A stretch of DNA of 57,313 nt from a virus (lineage: Duplodnaviria; Caudoviricetes). The stretch is taken from the IMG/VR virus record IMGVR_UViG_3300033053_000010, positions 1-57,313 of that record; one strand, 5' to 3'. Both the position numbers and the translations under genes were made by a program. Each line of letters starts with the position of its first letter. Position 1 is the stretch's first letter. Under the pieces are notes generated by a model. It was not told the DNA's origin and made no database searches. It was given only the letters and a program-made list of their open reading frames with translations. This document shows positions 1-7,376 of this stretch, in pieces.

Positions 1-223
1 CCTTTTTGTAAATATTTTGGAAATCGTATTTTATTATTTCATCAATTGCTCTTTCGTTCTCCACCTCGTTCTCTTCATCACTTAATTGTTCAGAGATCTT
101 AGACACCCTACTCAACAATGCACAAGTGTTATAACCATTAGTAACATCGAAGAGAAACCATTGACTGAACTCTTCTTGTGGATTGTATGGGTTATCGAAC
201 GTTGTTATTCTAGCTCTCTTCAT
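1..223 (-). CDS. Conserved phage hypothetical protein, 3' end truncated by the window edge (MKRARITTFDNPYNPQEEFSQWFLFD...)
   Basis: ATG at 223 directly after the stop of the RNAP-like gene, with an AGGAG RBS; frame is open to position 1. Confidence 0.7.
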   Translation of the reverse strand, partial: MKRARITTFDNPYNPQEEFSQWFLFDVTNGYNTCALLSRVSKISEQLSDEENEVENERAIDEIIKYDFQNIYKK

Positions 224-224
224 G

Positions 225-2996
225 TTAACTCGCTTCTCCTTTCATGTAGTTCATAACGGTTGATGTTGATGCACCTACAGCTTGTGCTATCTGTGCTGTT
301 GTATAATTTCCTGATTGTATCATTTGATTTATTTTAGAAACTTTAATATTAGATAAAGTATTGGTTGTCCTTGGTGTTGCCAACTGCCTTAGTACATCCA
401 TGTCTGCATTGTTAATGATCTGTTGTAGTCTGTTTGGACTTATGGCACCAGCCTGTATAGCTTCCCATTCTCTATCATCTATCTTTATAGTCTCTCTCTT
501 AGCACCAACTTGAATTCTAGCAGCAGTTAATGCCTGTTGACTAACCTTCTTTAACTCACCTTTAGTCATGTCAGGATACTCTTGTTTCTTAGCTTTAATA
601 GTAGTATTAGCTATAACTTGAGCCCTTCTTTCTTTTGGTGCGTTCTTTAATGCTATGTTTAGTTTAGATTTTAAAGAGTTGAATTCATTTAAGTATTTAG
701 CTTTTGCTTCAGGATTATACTTAACATCTCCAGTACTCATCATCTCTTTACGAGCCTGATTAGCTAGAGACTTCATCTTGTTTGCATAATCGGCATAAGC
801 TTCCTCTTGTAGTGTTCCACTAGATAGGGTTCTAGCATCATTAGTTTCAGCCATGTTAGTAGACTTCTGCATTCTTGTTTGTATTTTACCATTCTTATCA
901 GTGTATTGTTGATAGTTCTCCTTCCATGTCTGCTCTCCAGTAACGGGGTCTATTATAGGGGAACCCTTTCTTTTGATGACTTGGTGTTCACCTTTAGCTC
1001 TAGATAATAGAGTTGATGCTCCACCTGAATGCCACTTACCTTGATCATCATAGTGACCTTGATATCTATTCTTTAATGATGCTATATCATTATCTATTTC
1101 AGACTTCTTATAATTTAAGATGTGCTTCTCAGCATCTATGACAACCATTGAATGTCTTACCGCTTTAGCTAATTCATCTTCTGTTGCACCCTTTAATGTC
1201 ATATCAGTTATTAAGTTTGAGATCTTACCCATTTCAGTTTGAGTATTCTTCATTCTTCTAAACTCATTACCATTAGCATCATAGTAATGATCGTTACCTT
1301 CTGCATCCTTCGTTGTCTTACTATACTTATATGATTTACTATCAAAGTCTTCCAAACCTTTTAACGGATTTGTAGATGTTATCTTTACGTTTTTGTTAGT
1401 TGGTATTGCTAACACCGTATCACCATCGAAATCCGCACCAGATAATCTCTCAGCAACCTTACTTGTTATGCCAACAGCATCTTTAGCATTCAAACCCATT
1501 GTTGCTCTGGCTTCTTTGTTCTTATTATTTACAGTTAAGATTGGTATCTCAAACGTTCCGCCATGTGGAAATCTAACAAGAGCTAACTTCTCACCATTCT
1601 CATAGTTTGGTGCATATACCTCATCATCTTTTAAAGAATTGATTGGTAGTATTACATGATACTTCTGTCTCGGTAATGCTGCTGATTTTAAATGGACAGC
1701 TGCAGAATCACAGTCATCTGAGAAAGATTTAAGTAAATTCTTTTTAATAGTTGGATTAGTTAATGATAATATTTCATTATACTCAGCTTCTCTTTCCTGT
1801 TTAGTAAGATCCAATTGTTTTTTAATTAGGGACAGATTTTGTTTACCTAGAAACTGTGATGGTAATTTATCTTTCCAATCATTCCAGTCTCCTTCATCAG
1901 CTCTCTTGTTTATAAGAGATAATGATTGTTTCTTTCCCGTAAGTGGATCTGTGAATTTTCCATTAGGATCGTCATATTTACTCTGTCCACCAGCTTTTAT
2001 TAGAGAACCAAACGGGTTGTCTGGATCCTCTTTTATTTTTTTAAGAACATCACCTTGTGGTGTACCAGTCTTTTTATTAGTGTTAAACCTAACGTCAACA
2101 CCCTTTGGTAAATCATCAGCATACACAGCCATACCTTTTAGATAATGTGTTCCATCCACCATTATTCTAACTTGGGCATAGTTAGAATTACCTAACGATA
2201 AATCTTTAACGCCTCTTCTTAATTCTATGACTCCATCCTTATGGATACCGCCAGTCTCAGCATAATTTATTTGTAACCTTTTACTATCTAAACTCGACGG
2301 ATAATGGAAAGTCTCGAATGTTTCCCCACCATCTCTAGATGTATAATTACCAATAGTGTTTACTTTCGAGAAGTCGTAAATATCTTTATGTTCTGTTCCA
2401 GGTGGACATAACACCTTTAAGTTTGTTTGTTGACCTTTATTGGTTGCTTGAGCAATTCCTCCTCCATATGTAGGATATCCTTGCATCTCTAAAATATATA
2501 GAGCAGTCTTTAGTTTTTCTTTAGATACGTTTAGTTCTCTCTCAACACCAGTACCAACATCGATCATTCCTTTTTCATCTACTTGTTTCTTTAGAAAGTC
2601 AGCAGTCTTGGTGGCTTCTTTCGATCGCTCTAAACTCTTCTCGTCCAGAATGGATCTAATGGATGAATCGTTACTGTAACCCATAATTTCAGCAGTCTTA
2701 GATAGAGAATATCCTTTATCTCTTAAAGCTTTAGCCTGTTCATACAATAACATCTTACGTTCGGAGTTAGCTAACGATATTTGAGTTCTTAATTTACTTG
2801 TTTGTGTTACTCCAGTTTTTGGATCTACAAAACCAAGGGTTTTAGCTACTTCTACTTCACTCATACCACTCTTTTTTAATTCATTAACCCTACTTAGGAA
2901 GTCACCACTATGTTGGTATGGGTCACCACCAGAACCCCATTTATATCTACCTGAATGTCTGGGGGTTCCATAATGTCTTAGGTTATCGCCATTCAT
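225..2996 (-). CDS. Single-chain two-barrel (double-psi) RNA polymerase-like protein of the YonO/cellular-RdRP-like type, with HTH-like segments
   Basis: Catalytic motif LSGADFDGD preceded by VRFPHGG; first-barrel-like QVRI...LKGM; downstream GKISN...LAKAVRHSMVVIDAEK; HTH-like segments near both ends; N-terminal LRHYG leader. Confidence 0.8.
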   Translation of the reverse strand: MNGDNLRHYGTPRHSGRYKWGSGGDPYQHSGDFLSRVNELKKSGMSEVEVAKTLGFVDPKTGVTQTSKLRTQISLANSERKMLLYEQAKALRDKGYSLSKTAEIMGYSNDSSIRSILDEKSLERSKEATKTADFLKKQVDEKGMIDVGTGVERELNVSKEKLKTALYILEMQGYPTYGGGIAQATNKGQQTNLKVLCPPGTEHKDIYDFSKVNTIGNYTSRDGGETFETFHYPSSLDSKRLQINYAETGGIHKDGVIELRRGVKDLSLGNSNYAQVRIMVDGTHYLKGMAVYADDLPKGVDVRFNTNKKTGTPQGDVLKKIKEDPDNPFGSLIKAGGQSKYDDPNGKFTDPLTGKKQSLSLINKRADEGDWNDWKDKLPSQFLGKQNLSLIKKQLDLTKQEREAEYNEILSLTNPTIKKNLLKSFSDDCDSAAVHLKSAALPRQKYHVILPINSLKDDEVYAPNYENGEKLALVRFPHGGTFEIPILTVNNKNKEARATMGLNAKDAVGITSKVAERLSGADFDGDTVLAIPTNKNVKITSTNPLKGLEDFDSKSYKYSKTTKDAEGNDHYYDANGNEFRRMKNTQTEMGKISNLITDMTLKGATEDELAKAVRHSMVVIDAEKHILNYKKSEIDNDIASLKNRYQGHYDDQGKWHSGGASTLLSRAKGEHQVIKRKGSPIIDPVTGEQTWKENYQQYTDKNGKIQTRMQKSTNMAETNDARTLSSGTLQEEAYADYANKMKSLANQARKEMMSTGDVKYNPEAKAKYLNEFNSLKSKLNIALKNAPKERRAQVIANTTIKAKKQEYPDMTKGELKKVSQQALTAARIQVGAKRETIKIDDREWEAIQAGAISPNRLQQIINNADMDVLRQLATPRTTNTLSNIKVSKINQMIQSGNYTTAQIAQAVGASTSTVMNYMKGEAS

Positions 2997-3556
2997 TAAA
3001 TATCACCTTCTTTTTTAATATCGTTTATTATTTTATCAAATGTTTTTATCTTATCCATTATTGGCAAGATCTCATCTGCTTCGGGAATATGATAAACTAT
3101 TTCGTCATTCTGATATATTCTTAATTCTATATCAATATCAGAAGGTTTTAATTTATATTCTAAACAAAACAATGCTGCATATATTAATAGTTGTTCTATA
3201 TGAGCTGGAGTAACCCCAGTTTTTAAATCATGTATTCGCAACAAACCACTTCTAAAAGATATAGCATCTGCTGTACCAAAACAATTATCTGAATAATATA
3301 ATATTTTTTCAGAACTCATTTTGTAACCGATAGCATCATTAACATATTTGTTTAAGGTTTTTTCACTCTTTGGTAGCTTCTGTCTCAACTTGATACAAGT
3401 AGATGCAAATTCGTGAAGCTCCGTTCCTTTTTGTGCTGCTACGGATCTAATATATGAATCTTTTAATTTGTCTTCAGAATAATTTAACCAACTATATTTA
3501 GAAGCGCTTAAATATGCATGTTTACCCTCAAGCTTTAAATGTTCGTTGAAGTTCAT
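2996..3556 (-). CDS. PD-(D/E)XK Cas4-like phage exonuclease
   Basis: HAYLSAS...GTELH...GTADAI...IHDLKTG...EQLLIYA motifs; stop overlaps the RNAP start (TAATG). Confidence 0.75.
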   Translation of the reverse strand: MNFNEHLKLEGKHAYLSASKYSWLNYSEDKLKDSYIRSVAAQKGTELHEFASTCIKLRQKLPKSEKTLNKYVNDAIGYKMSSEKILYYSDNCFGTADAISFRSGLLRIHDLKTGVTPAHIEQLLIYAALFCLEYKLKPSDIDIELRIYQNDEIVYHIPEADEILPIMDKIKTFDKIINDIKKEGDI

Positions 3557-3818
3557 TTAATACTTCCTCCTTATTTTCAGGACATATGAATCTAGAGAAT
3601 GACATCTTATTCATCATATCTACAAAATATGATTGATTTGGTTGATGTGATGCGGTAGATGATTTTTTACATTCTAAAGAAGCCCATTTATCTTTGTATA
3701 AAATTAAAAGGTCGGGAATACCCTGAATATAATTAGGATCGTTTTTTAAAACAATACAACCCATGAACATATTTTTTATTCTCTTGATTAAATCGCTCTG
3801 AAATTTATTTTCTTTCAT
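3528..3818 (-). CDS. VRR-NUC / Holliday-junction-resolvase-like nuclease
   Basis: ENKFQ...GIPDL...LECK...QPNQ pattern; start moved to ATG 3818 after a GAGGGG RBS. Confidence 0.75.
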   Translation of the reverse strand: MKENKFQSDLIKRIKNMFMGCIVLKNDPNYIQGIPDLLILYKDKWASLECKKSSTASHQPNQSYFVDMMNKMSFSRFICPENKEEVLNELQRTFKA

Positions 3819-3859
3819 ACATTGATCCCCCTCATTATATTTATATAGCTTGTACACTC

Positions 3860-3917
3860 AAAAAATATAGAGAATGTACAATTCGCACTCAAGGCATTAA
3901 AAATGCCTATTCTCTCT
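3860..3917 (-). ncRNA. Putative ~58-nt structured small RNA
   Basis: Starts at the +1 position of a promoter motif; terminal stem AGAGAAU/AUUCUCU encloses hairpin AGGCAU-UUUUA-AUGCCU and a second weak hairpin; ends in a U-tract; no ORF. Confidence 0.5.
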
Positions 3918-3941
3918 ATAAAAGGGCATGTAATTTTCGCG
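3917..3941 (-). promoter_or_regulatory. Phage promoter-like motif, copy 1
   Basis: CGC GAAAAT TACA TGCCC TTTTAT ^AGAG. Confidence 0.7.
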
Positions 3942-3950
3942 TGGTCGAAC

Positions 3951-3975
3951 AAAAAGAAAAAGCCTTTGTGGGCTT
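3951..3975 (-). terminator. Intrinsic terminator of cassette
   Basis: AAGCC-CACAAA-GGCTT followed by a T-tract. Confidence 0.65.
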
Positions 3976-4201
3976 ATTCTTTTATGATTTGTTCCTTAAC
4001 TATCGACATAATATAAACCTCATTATCAATAACGGTTTTAATTATTTTTCCACTTCTAGCCATTTTTTCTAGACCTATACCAATTACTGTTTCCTCTAGT
4101 TTTATACCTAAGTAACAACCAATTGTTAATAGACCTATTCCATAAGCTACTTTTTTAATTTTACTCTTTTTATTTGATATTTGATTTTTTATATTTTCCA
4201 T
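3974..4201 (-). CDS. Small membrane-anchored cassette protein (paralog family A)
   Basis: ORF with RBS between promoter motif and terminator; one TM-like segment; similar to 4484..4723 and 14890..15081. Confidence 0.7.
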   Translation of the reverse strand: MENIKNQISNKKSKIKKVAYGIGLLTIGCYLGIKLEETVIGIGLEKMARSGKIIKTVIDNEVYIMSIVKEQIIKE

Positions 4202-4217
4202 TATTAATCACACTCCT

Positions 4218-4242
4218 CATTATATAACATGTATAATTCGCG
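4218..4242 (-). promoter_or_regulatory. Promoter-like motif, copy 2
   Basis: CGC GAATTA TACA TGTTA TATAAT ^GAGG. Confidence 0.75.
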
Positions 4243-4269
4243 AGGAAAAAGGAAAAACCCTTGTTTGGG

Positions 4270-4419
4270 CTAATCCCACGATATCCATTCCATTATGCCA
4301 CATAACACACAAGCAAATATAATTATCACCATCATAGCTGCAACATATATTAGAGTTTCAATTATATTTCCAACTCTTCTACATTCCAGATATACCATTA
4401 ATAATTTTAATAACTTCAC
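4270..4419 (-). CDS. 49-aa hydrophobic cassette protein (not in ORF track)
   Basis: GTG start after AGGAG; MKLLKLLMVYLECRRVGNIIETLIYVAAMMVIIIFACVLCGIMEWISWD; fills the cassette exactly. Confidence 0.6.
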   Translation of the reverse strand: MKLLKLLMVYLECRRVGNIIETLIYVAAMMVIIIFACVLCGIMEWISWD

Positions 4420-4442
4420 ATTATCATCTCCTAATGTTTTCT

Positions 4443-4467
4443 CATAATAGGATATGTAAATATCACG
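4443..4467 (-). promoter_or_regulatory. Promoter-like motif, copy 3
   Basis: CGT GATATT TACA TATCC TATTAT ^GAGA. Confidence 0.8.
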
Positions 4468-4470
4468 GAG

Positions 4471-4496
4471 AAAAAGAAAGAGTCTATGTAAGACTC
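4471..4496 (-). terminator. Cassette terminator, type 1
   Basis: GAGTCTTACATAGACTC + TTTCTTTTT; the same 17-mer occurs at five sites. Confidence 0.8.
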
Positions 4497-4723
4497 AAAT
4501 TCTTTACTTCAGTTATTGATAATTTATATTCTTTTCCGTCTACAAAATTATTTATAGTCTTTCCGGTTCTAGCTAAATTATCTAACAACGTTTCGTATCT
4601 TGCTTTTTCATATATTCTTCCTATACGAACTCCAATCACTAACGTTGTAATACCACAAGCCGTCATCTTTAATCCTTTTTCATGATCTTTTATAAACTTT
4701 TTGATTTTATTCATATTAATCAA
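4484..4723 (-). CDS. Small membrane-anchored cassette protein (paralog family A)
   Basis: ORF between promoter 4732 and terminator 4471; TM-like segment. Confidence 0.7.
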   Translation of the reverse strand: MINMNKIKKFIKDHEKGLKMTACGITTLVIGVRIGRIYEKARYETLLDNLARTGKTINNFVDGKEYKLSITEVKNLSLT

Positions 4724-4731
4724 CCACCTTT

Positions 4732-4756
4732 CATAATAGCGCTTGTAAATATGGTG
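4732..4756 (-). promoter_or_regulatory. Promoter-like motif, copy 4
   Basis: CAC CATATT TACA AGCGC TATTAT ^GAAA. Confidence 0.8.
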
Positions 4757-4757
4757 T

Positions 4758-4783
4758 AAAAAGAAAGAGTCTATGTAAGACTC
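4758..4783 (-). terminator. Cassette terminator, type 1
   Basis: GAGTCTTACATAGACTCTTTCTTTTT. Confidence 0.8.
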
Positions 4784-4797
4784 AATCTTTTTGATTT

Positions 4798-5619
4798 TTA
4801 TTTAGTTGGTTTAAATCTGCTAAACATATTCTTAAACGTAGTTGACGTAAATGTTCCGGTTTCTTCAAACTTAAATCCTTTATCCATCCAAGCGTTGTAG
4901 AACATTACTGGTACTAATACAGTAATACCTTCTAATACTACTTTAATAATTCTATCTCTACTAAGTTCTATATTCTTATCAACTTCTATTTTCAATTCCT
5001 GATGCTTTAATTTCACATCGCTATTATTTTTCTTATCAGTTATTTTTATCTTTCTATTCTCTAAGTTTAAACTATCTTCATTTTTTTTACTCTCTATTCT
5101 TATCTTTTCTTTATTGATCTCATATTCTTTATTAAGCTTCTCTTTATTAAGTTCATAATCGTTGTTCATTTTCTTAACATCATTATCGATCTTTGAGATT
5201 TCGCTTTCAAGTTTTCTTTCGCTTAACTCTTGTTCGTAAGTTATTTTACGCAACTCATTATCAATCTTGTTGTTATCATTTTCGATTTTCTTAATATCTA
5301 CTTCATAATTGTTTTTGATCTTTTCTTTTTCTAAGTCTAGAGATTTCTTATTTTTATCGTTTTCACTTTCGAGTTTCTTTAAACCTAACTGATGATCTTT
5401 CTCAATCTTAGCGATTTCGTTTTTAATCTTCTCATCATTGAATCTAGAATTATTGTTATTAATATCCTCCTTTTGTAGTAAGTCTACTAAAGTACTAATT
5501 TCTTTTACTATGCTGCTTCTAGCTCCATAATATCCATCCTCCGTTGGATCCAAATTCTTTATTGATTTGAATTCCTCCATTACATATTTTTCAATTTCCA
5601 GTCTAATGTTATTGTTCAT
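4798..5619 (-). CDS. Coiled-coil repeat protein with a C-terminal hydrophobic segment
   Basis: 273-aa ORF; long K/E/N-rich helical repeats; C-terminal VVLEGITVLVPVMFYNAWM. Confidence 0.8.
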   Translation of the reverse strand: MNNNIRLEIEKYVMEEFKSIKNLDPTEDGYYGARSSIVKEISTLVDLLQKEDINNNNSRFNDEKIKNEIAKIEKDHQLGLKKLESENDKNKKSLDLEKEKIKNNYEVDIKKIENDNNKIDNELRKITYEQELSERKLESEISKIDNDVKKMNNDYELNKEKLNKEYEINKEKIRIESKKNEDSLNLENRKIKITDKKNNSDVKLKHQELKIEVDKNIELSRDRIIKVVLEGITVLVPVMFYNAWMDKGFKFEETGTFTSTTFKNMFSRFKPTK

Positions 5620-5647
5620 TTATTTTACCCCTTTCTTAATAAGTTCT

Positions 5648-5672
5648 CATAATAGCCCATGTTTATTTAGTG
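5648..5672 (-). promoter_or_regulatory. Promoter-like motif, copy 5
   Basis: CAC TAAATA AACA TGGGC TATTAT ^GAGA. Confidence 0.75.
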
Positions 5673-5678
5673 TGTAAT

Positions 5679-5702
5679 AAAATAAAGAGCCCTTGTAGGC
5701 TC
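5679..5702 (-). terminator. Cassette terminator, type 3
   Basis: GAGCCTACAAGGGCTC + T-rich tail; near-identical to 30064..30088. Confidence 0.75.
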
Positions 5703-5707
5703 AATAT

Positions 5708-5890
5708 TTATTTGTTTTGTTTTTTTACGATTGCGTCGACATATTCATTTAAATCTTTTATCTTATTCAAAATTTCTGAATATTCTTCTGTAAATAATTT
5801 GTCATAATCTATTACGTCCAAACTAATACTTAATATATTCTCCTCTTCTGATATAATATATGCTCTTGATTTTTCATTCATCTTAATCAC
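5708..5890 (-). CDS. Small cassette protein
   Basis: ORF with AGGAG RBS, between promoter 5898 and its terminator. Confidence 0.65.
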   Translation of the reverse strand: MIKMNEKSRAYIISEEENILSISLDVIDYDKLFTEEYSEILNKIKDLNEYVDAIVKKQNK

Positions 5891-5897
5891 TCTCCTT

Positions 5898-5922
5898 CAT
5901 AATAGTAAATGTATAAATTGCG
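5898..5922 (-). promoter_or_regulatory. Promoter-like motif, copy 6
   Basis: CGC AATTTA TACA TTTAC TATTAT ^GAAG. Confidence 0.8.
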
Positions 5923-5939
5923 GCCCCAAAATACGGGTT

Positions 5940-6201
5940 TGGTCAGATGCCCACTTTATTTGGTCAATTCTTTTATATTTATTAATTTTTTTATCATAAT
6001 AATAAAGAATAAAAGTGGGAAAGTGGGCAAAAACCCTCACAAATGGCTCAACCATGCGGGTTTGCGGGTTTTTCAAAAGTGGGCAGAAAGTGGGCAGAAA
6101 GTGGGCAAGTGGCCATAAATATAACAAAACATCCTTACAATTCTACCAAATTTCCACGAAAAACCAATCCTGGTCACTTTCACATTTTTCAAAAGTGGGC
6201 A
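5940..6201. repeat. Iteron-like AAAGTGGGCA repeat cluster with an AT-rich spacer; putative replication origin
   Basis: AAAGTGGGCA at 6020, 6076, 6087, 6098 and 6192; inverted copy at 5948-5957; variants at 6012 and 6107; AT-rich tract ~5968-6011. Confidence 0.7.
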
Positions 6202-6226
6202 AAAAGAAAGAGTCCTTGTAAGACTC
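6201..6226 (-). terminator. Cassette terminator, type 1 variant
   Basis: GAGTCTTACAAGGACTC + TTTCTTTTT. Confidence 0.75.
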
Positions 6227-6237
6227 AATACATATTC

Positions 6238-6417
6238 TTAATATAAATATCCTTTAAAACTCTGTATGGTGATCCTCAACATAACTTTGGCTTCTTCTAT
6301 TTCTCTCTTAGACATACATTTAGCTAACCCGATTCCCTTTTCTAAATCTGATAATTCCTTTCTGTATTGTTCCAAAAGTTTCATATCTGCTTCCTTTGTT
6401 TGTTGTTCAAAATCCAT
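6238..6417 (-). CDS. 59-aa cassette protein (not in ORF track)
   Basis: MDFEQQTKEADMKLLEQYRKELSDLEKGIGLAKCMSKREIEEAKVMLRITIQSFKGYLY; GGGGG RBS. Confidence 0.65.
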   Translation of the reverse strand: MDFEQQTKEADMKLLEQYRKELSDLEKGIGLAKCMSKREIEEAKVMLRITIQSFKGYLY

Positions 6418-6444
6418 AATTGATTCCCCCTATATTTATTATTC

Positions 6445-6469
6445 CATAATAGGAGTTGTATATAAAGCG
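6445..6469 (-). promoter_or_regulatory. Promoter-like motif, copy 7
   Basis: CGC TTTATA TACA ACTCC TATTAT ^GGAA. Confidence 0.8.
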
Positions 6470-6510
6470 CAAAAACAAAATAATATGTAGCAAAAAACAA
6501 AGAGAGAAGC

Positions 6511-6705
6511 CTATGCTTCATCTTCTTCGAACATCTTTTTTATCTTTCTATTAAGCCAAACGCGCAAAAATGGTAAAAACGGTAACACCAAAGCTCCAAC
6601 AATTACATAATATAGTATTGCTATCCATAATGGGATTTCCCTACCAAAATAGTAACCTAGTTGCTCTCTTACCGATTTAAAATCATTTATTATCTTGTTC
6701 ATCAT
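6511..6705 (-). CDS. Small membrane cassette protein
   Basis: TM segment WIAILYYVIVGALVLPFLPFL; GGAGG RBS. Confidence 0.7.
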   Translation of the reverse strand: MMNKIINDFKSVREQLGYYFGREIPLWIAILYYVIVGALVLPFLPFLRVWLNRKIKKMFEEDEA

Positions 6706-6731
6706 AATTAATTCCTCCTAAGATTTATTCT

Positions 6732-6756
6732 CATAATACCATATGTTTTTATCGCG
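6732..6756 (-). promoter_or_regulatory. Promoter-like motif, copy 8
   Basis: CGC GATAAA AACA TATGG TATTAT ^GAGA. Confidence 0.8.
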
Positions 6757-6778
6757 TGTAAAAAGAAAAGAGGAAGTA

Positions 6779-7048
6779 TCAAAACCCCTCTAACGTTTTT
6801 AATACCTCATCTAATTTCTTACCAGATATAATATTATTTATATAATCTACTACATTTTTGAAATCGCTATCATACAACGTGTAGCCCATATGAACATCGC
6901 TGATCCTAAATTCTTTATCGTCATTATAATCGTCTATATTTAATGTCCCAAACATTTTTTTATTAATTTTTTTATAGTCGTATTGTATACTTATAGAATT
7001 TACACCTTCAAATTCATCATGTCTTACGTTTGATATTTTTATTTCCAT
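6779..7048 (-). CDS. Small cassette protein
   Basis: 89-aa ORF, AGGAGG RBS. Confidence 0.7.
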   Translation of the reverse strand: MEIKISNVRHDEFEGVNSISIQYDYKKINKKMFGTLNIDDYNDDKEFRISDVHMGYTLYDSDFKNVVDYINNIISGKKLDEVLKTLEGF

Positions 7049-7078
7049 AATCGTAACCTCCTAATAATTTTATTATTC

Positions 7079-7103
7079 CATAATAGGAGATGTATGTCTG
7101 GCG
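7079..7103 (-). promoter_or_regulatory. Promoter-like motif, copy 9
   Basis: CGC CAGACA TACA TCTCC TATTAT ^GGAA. Confidence 0.8.
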
Positions 7104-7113
7104 CAAAAAGAAA

Positions 7114-7190
7114 AGAGAATGTACGGGATTCGAACCCGTCCCTCACCAATATTTCAGGTGCGCTCCTACCATGATAGCTAACACTCTCTC
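7114..7190 (-). ncRNA. tRNA-like RNA with a non-canonical anticodon arm
   Basis: Acceptor AGAGUGU/ACAUUCU, U8-A9, D-arm GCU...GGUA..AGC, stem CACC/GGUG around UGAAAUAUU, T-arm ACGGG-UUCGAAU-CCCGU; no encoded CCA; followed by a U-tract. Confidence 0.7.
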
Positions 7191-7214
7191 ATAACACAAC
7201 ATGTTTTTCTCGCG
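7190..7214 (-). promoter_or_regulatory. Promoter-like motif, copy 10 (heads the tRNA-like RNA)
   Basis: CGC GAGAAA AACA TGTTG TGTTAT ^GAGA. Confidence 0.75.
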
Positions 7215-7220
7215 CATATA

Positions 7221-7361
7221 CTAATTATCAATTTCAGCTTTTGTTATTATCTCACCATCAAATTTTATTATTATATCAGAATGAAATTGCCAATTATCAA
7301 CTCGTATTGTTAGGTTTTCTTTTAATATATCTTTTATCTCTTTTTTCATATCCTCAGTCAT
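7221..7361 (-). CDS. 46-aa hypothetical protein
   Basis: MTEDMKKEIKDILKENLTIRVDNWQFHSDIIIKFDGEIITKAEIDN; GGGGTG RBS. Confidence 0.55.
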   Translation of the reverse strand: MTEDMKKEIKDILKENLTIRVDNWQFHSDIIIKFDGEIITKAEIDN

Positions 7362-7376
7362 ATGATACACCCCTTT

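Noticed and set aside
225-2996. RNA-dependent RNA polymerase interpretation
   Set aside because: Motif similarity to cellular RdRPs is real, but characterised phage homologs of this fold are DNA-dependent, and the HTH-like segments and DNA motif fit a DdRP. Not formally excluded.
2996-3556. Cas4-like gene as evidence of CRISPR-Cas
   Set aside because: Solo PD-(D/E)XK nucleases are common in phages; no cas1, cas2 or array is present.
5897-6246. Four overlapping ORFs (5897..6127, 5909..6118, 6015..6221, 6043..6246)
   Set aside because: Artefacts of the GC-rich repeat region; no RBS; repeat-derived peptides.
7114-7190. Functional tRNA-Phe (GAA) or tRNA-Ile (AAU)
   Set aside because: CU-GAA-A is out of register with the stem, the in-register loop lacks U33, and there is no CCA; reported as tRNA-like instead.
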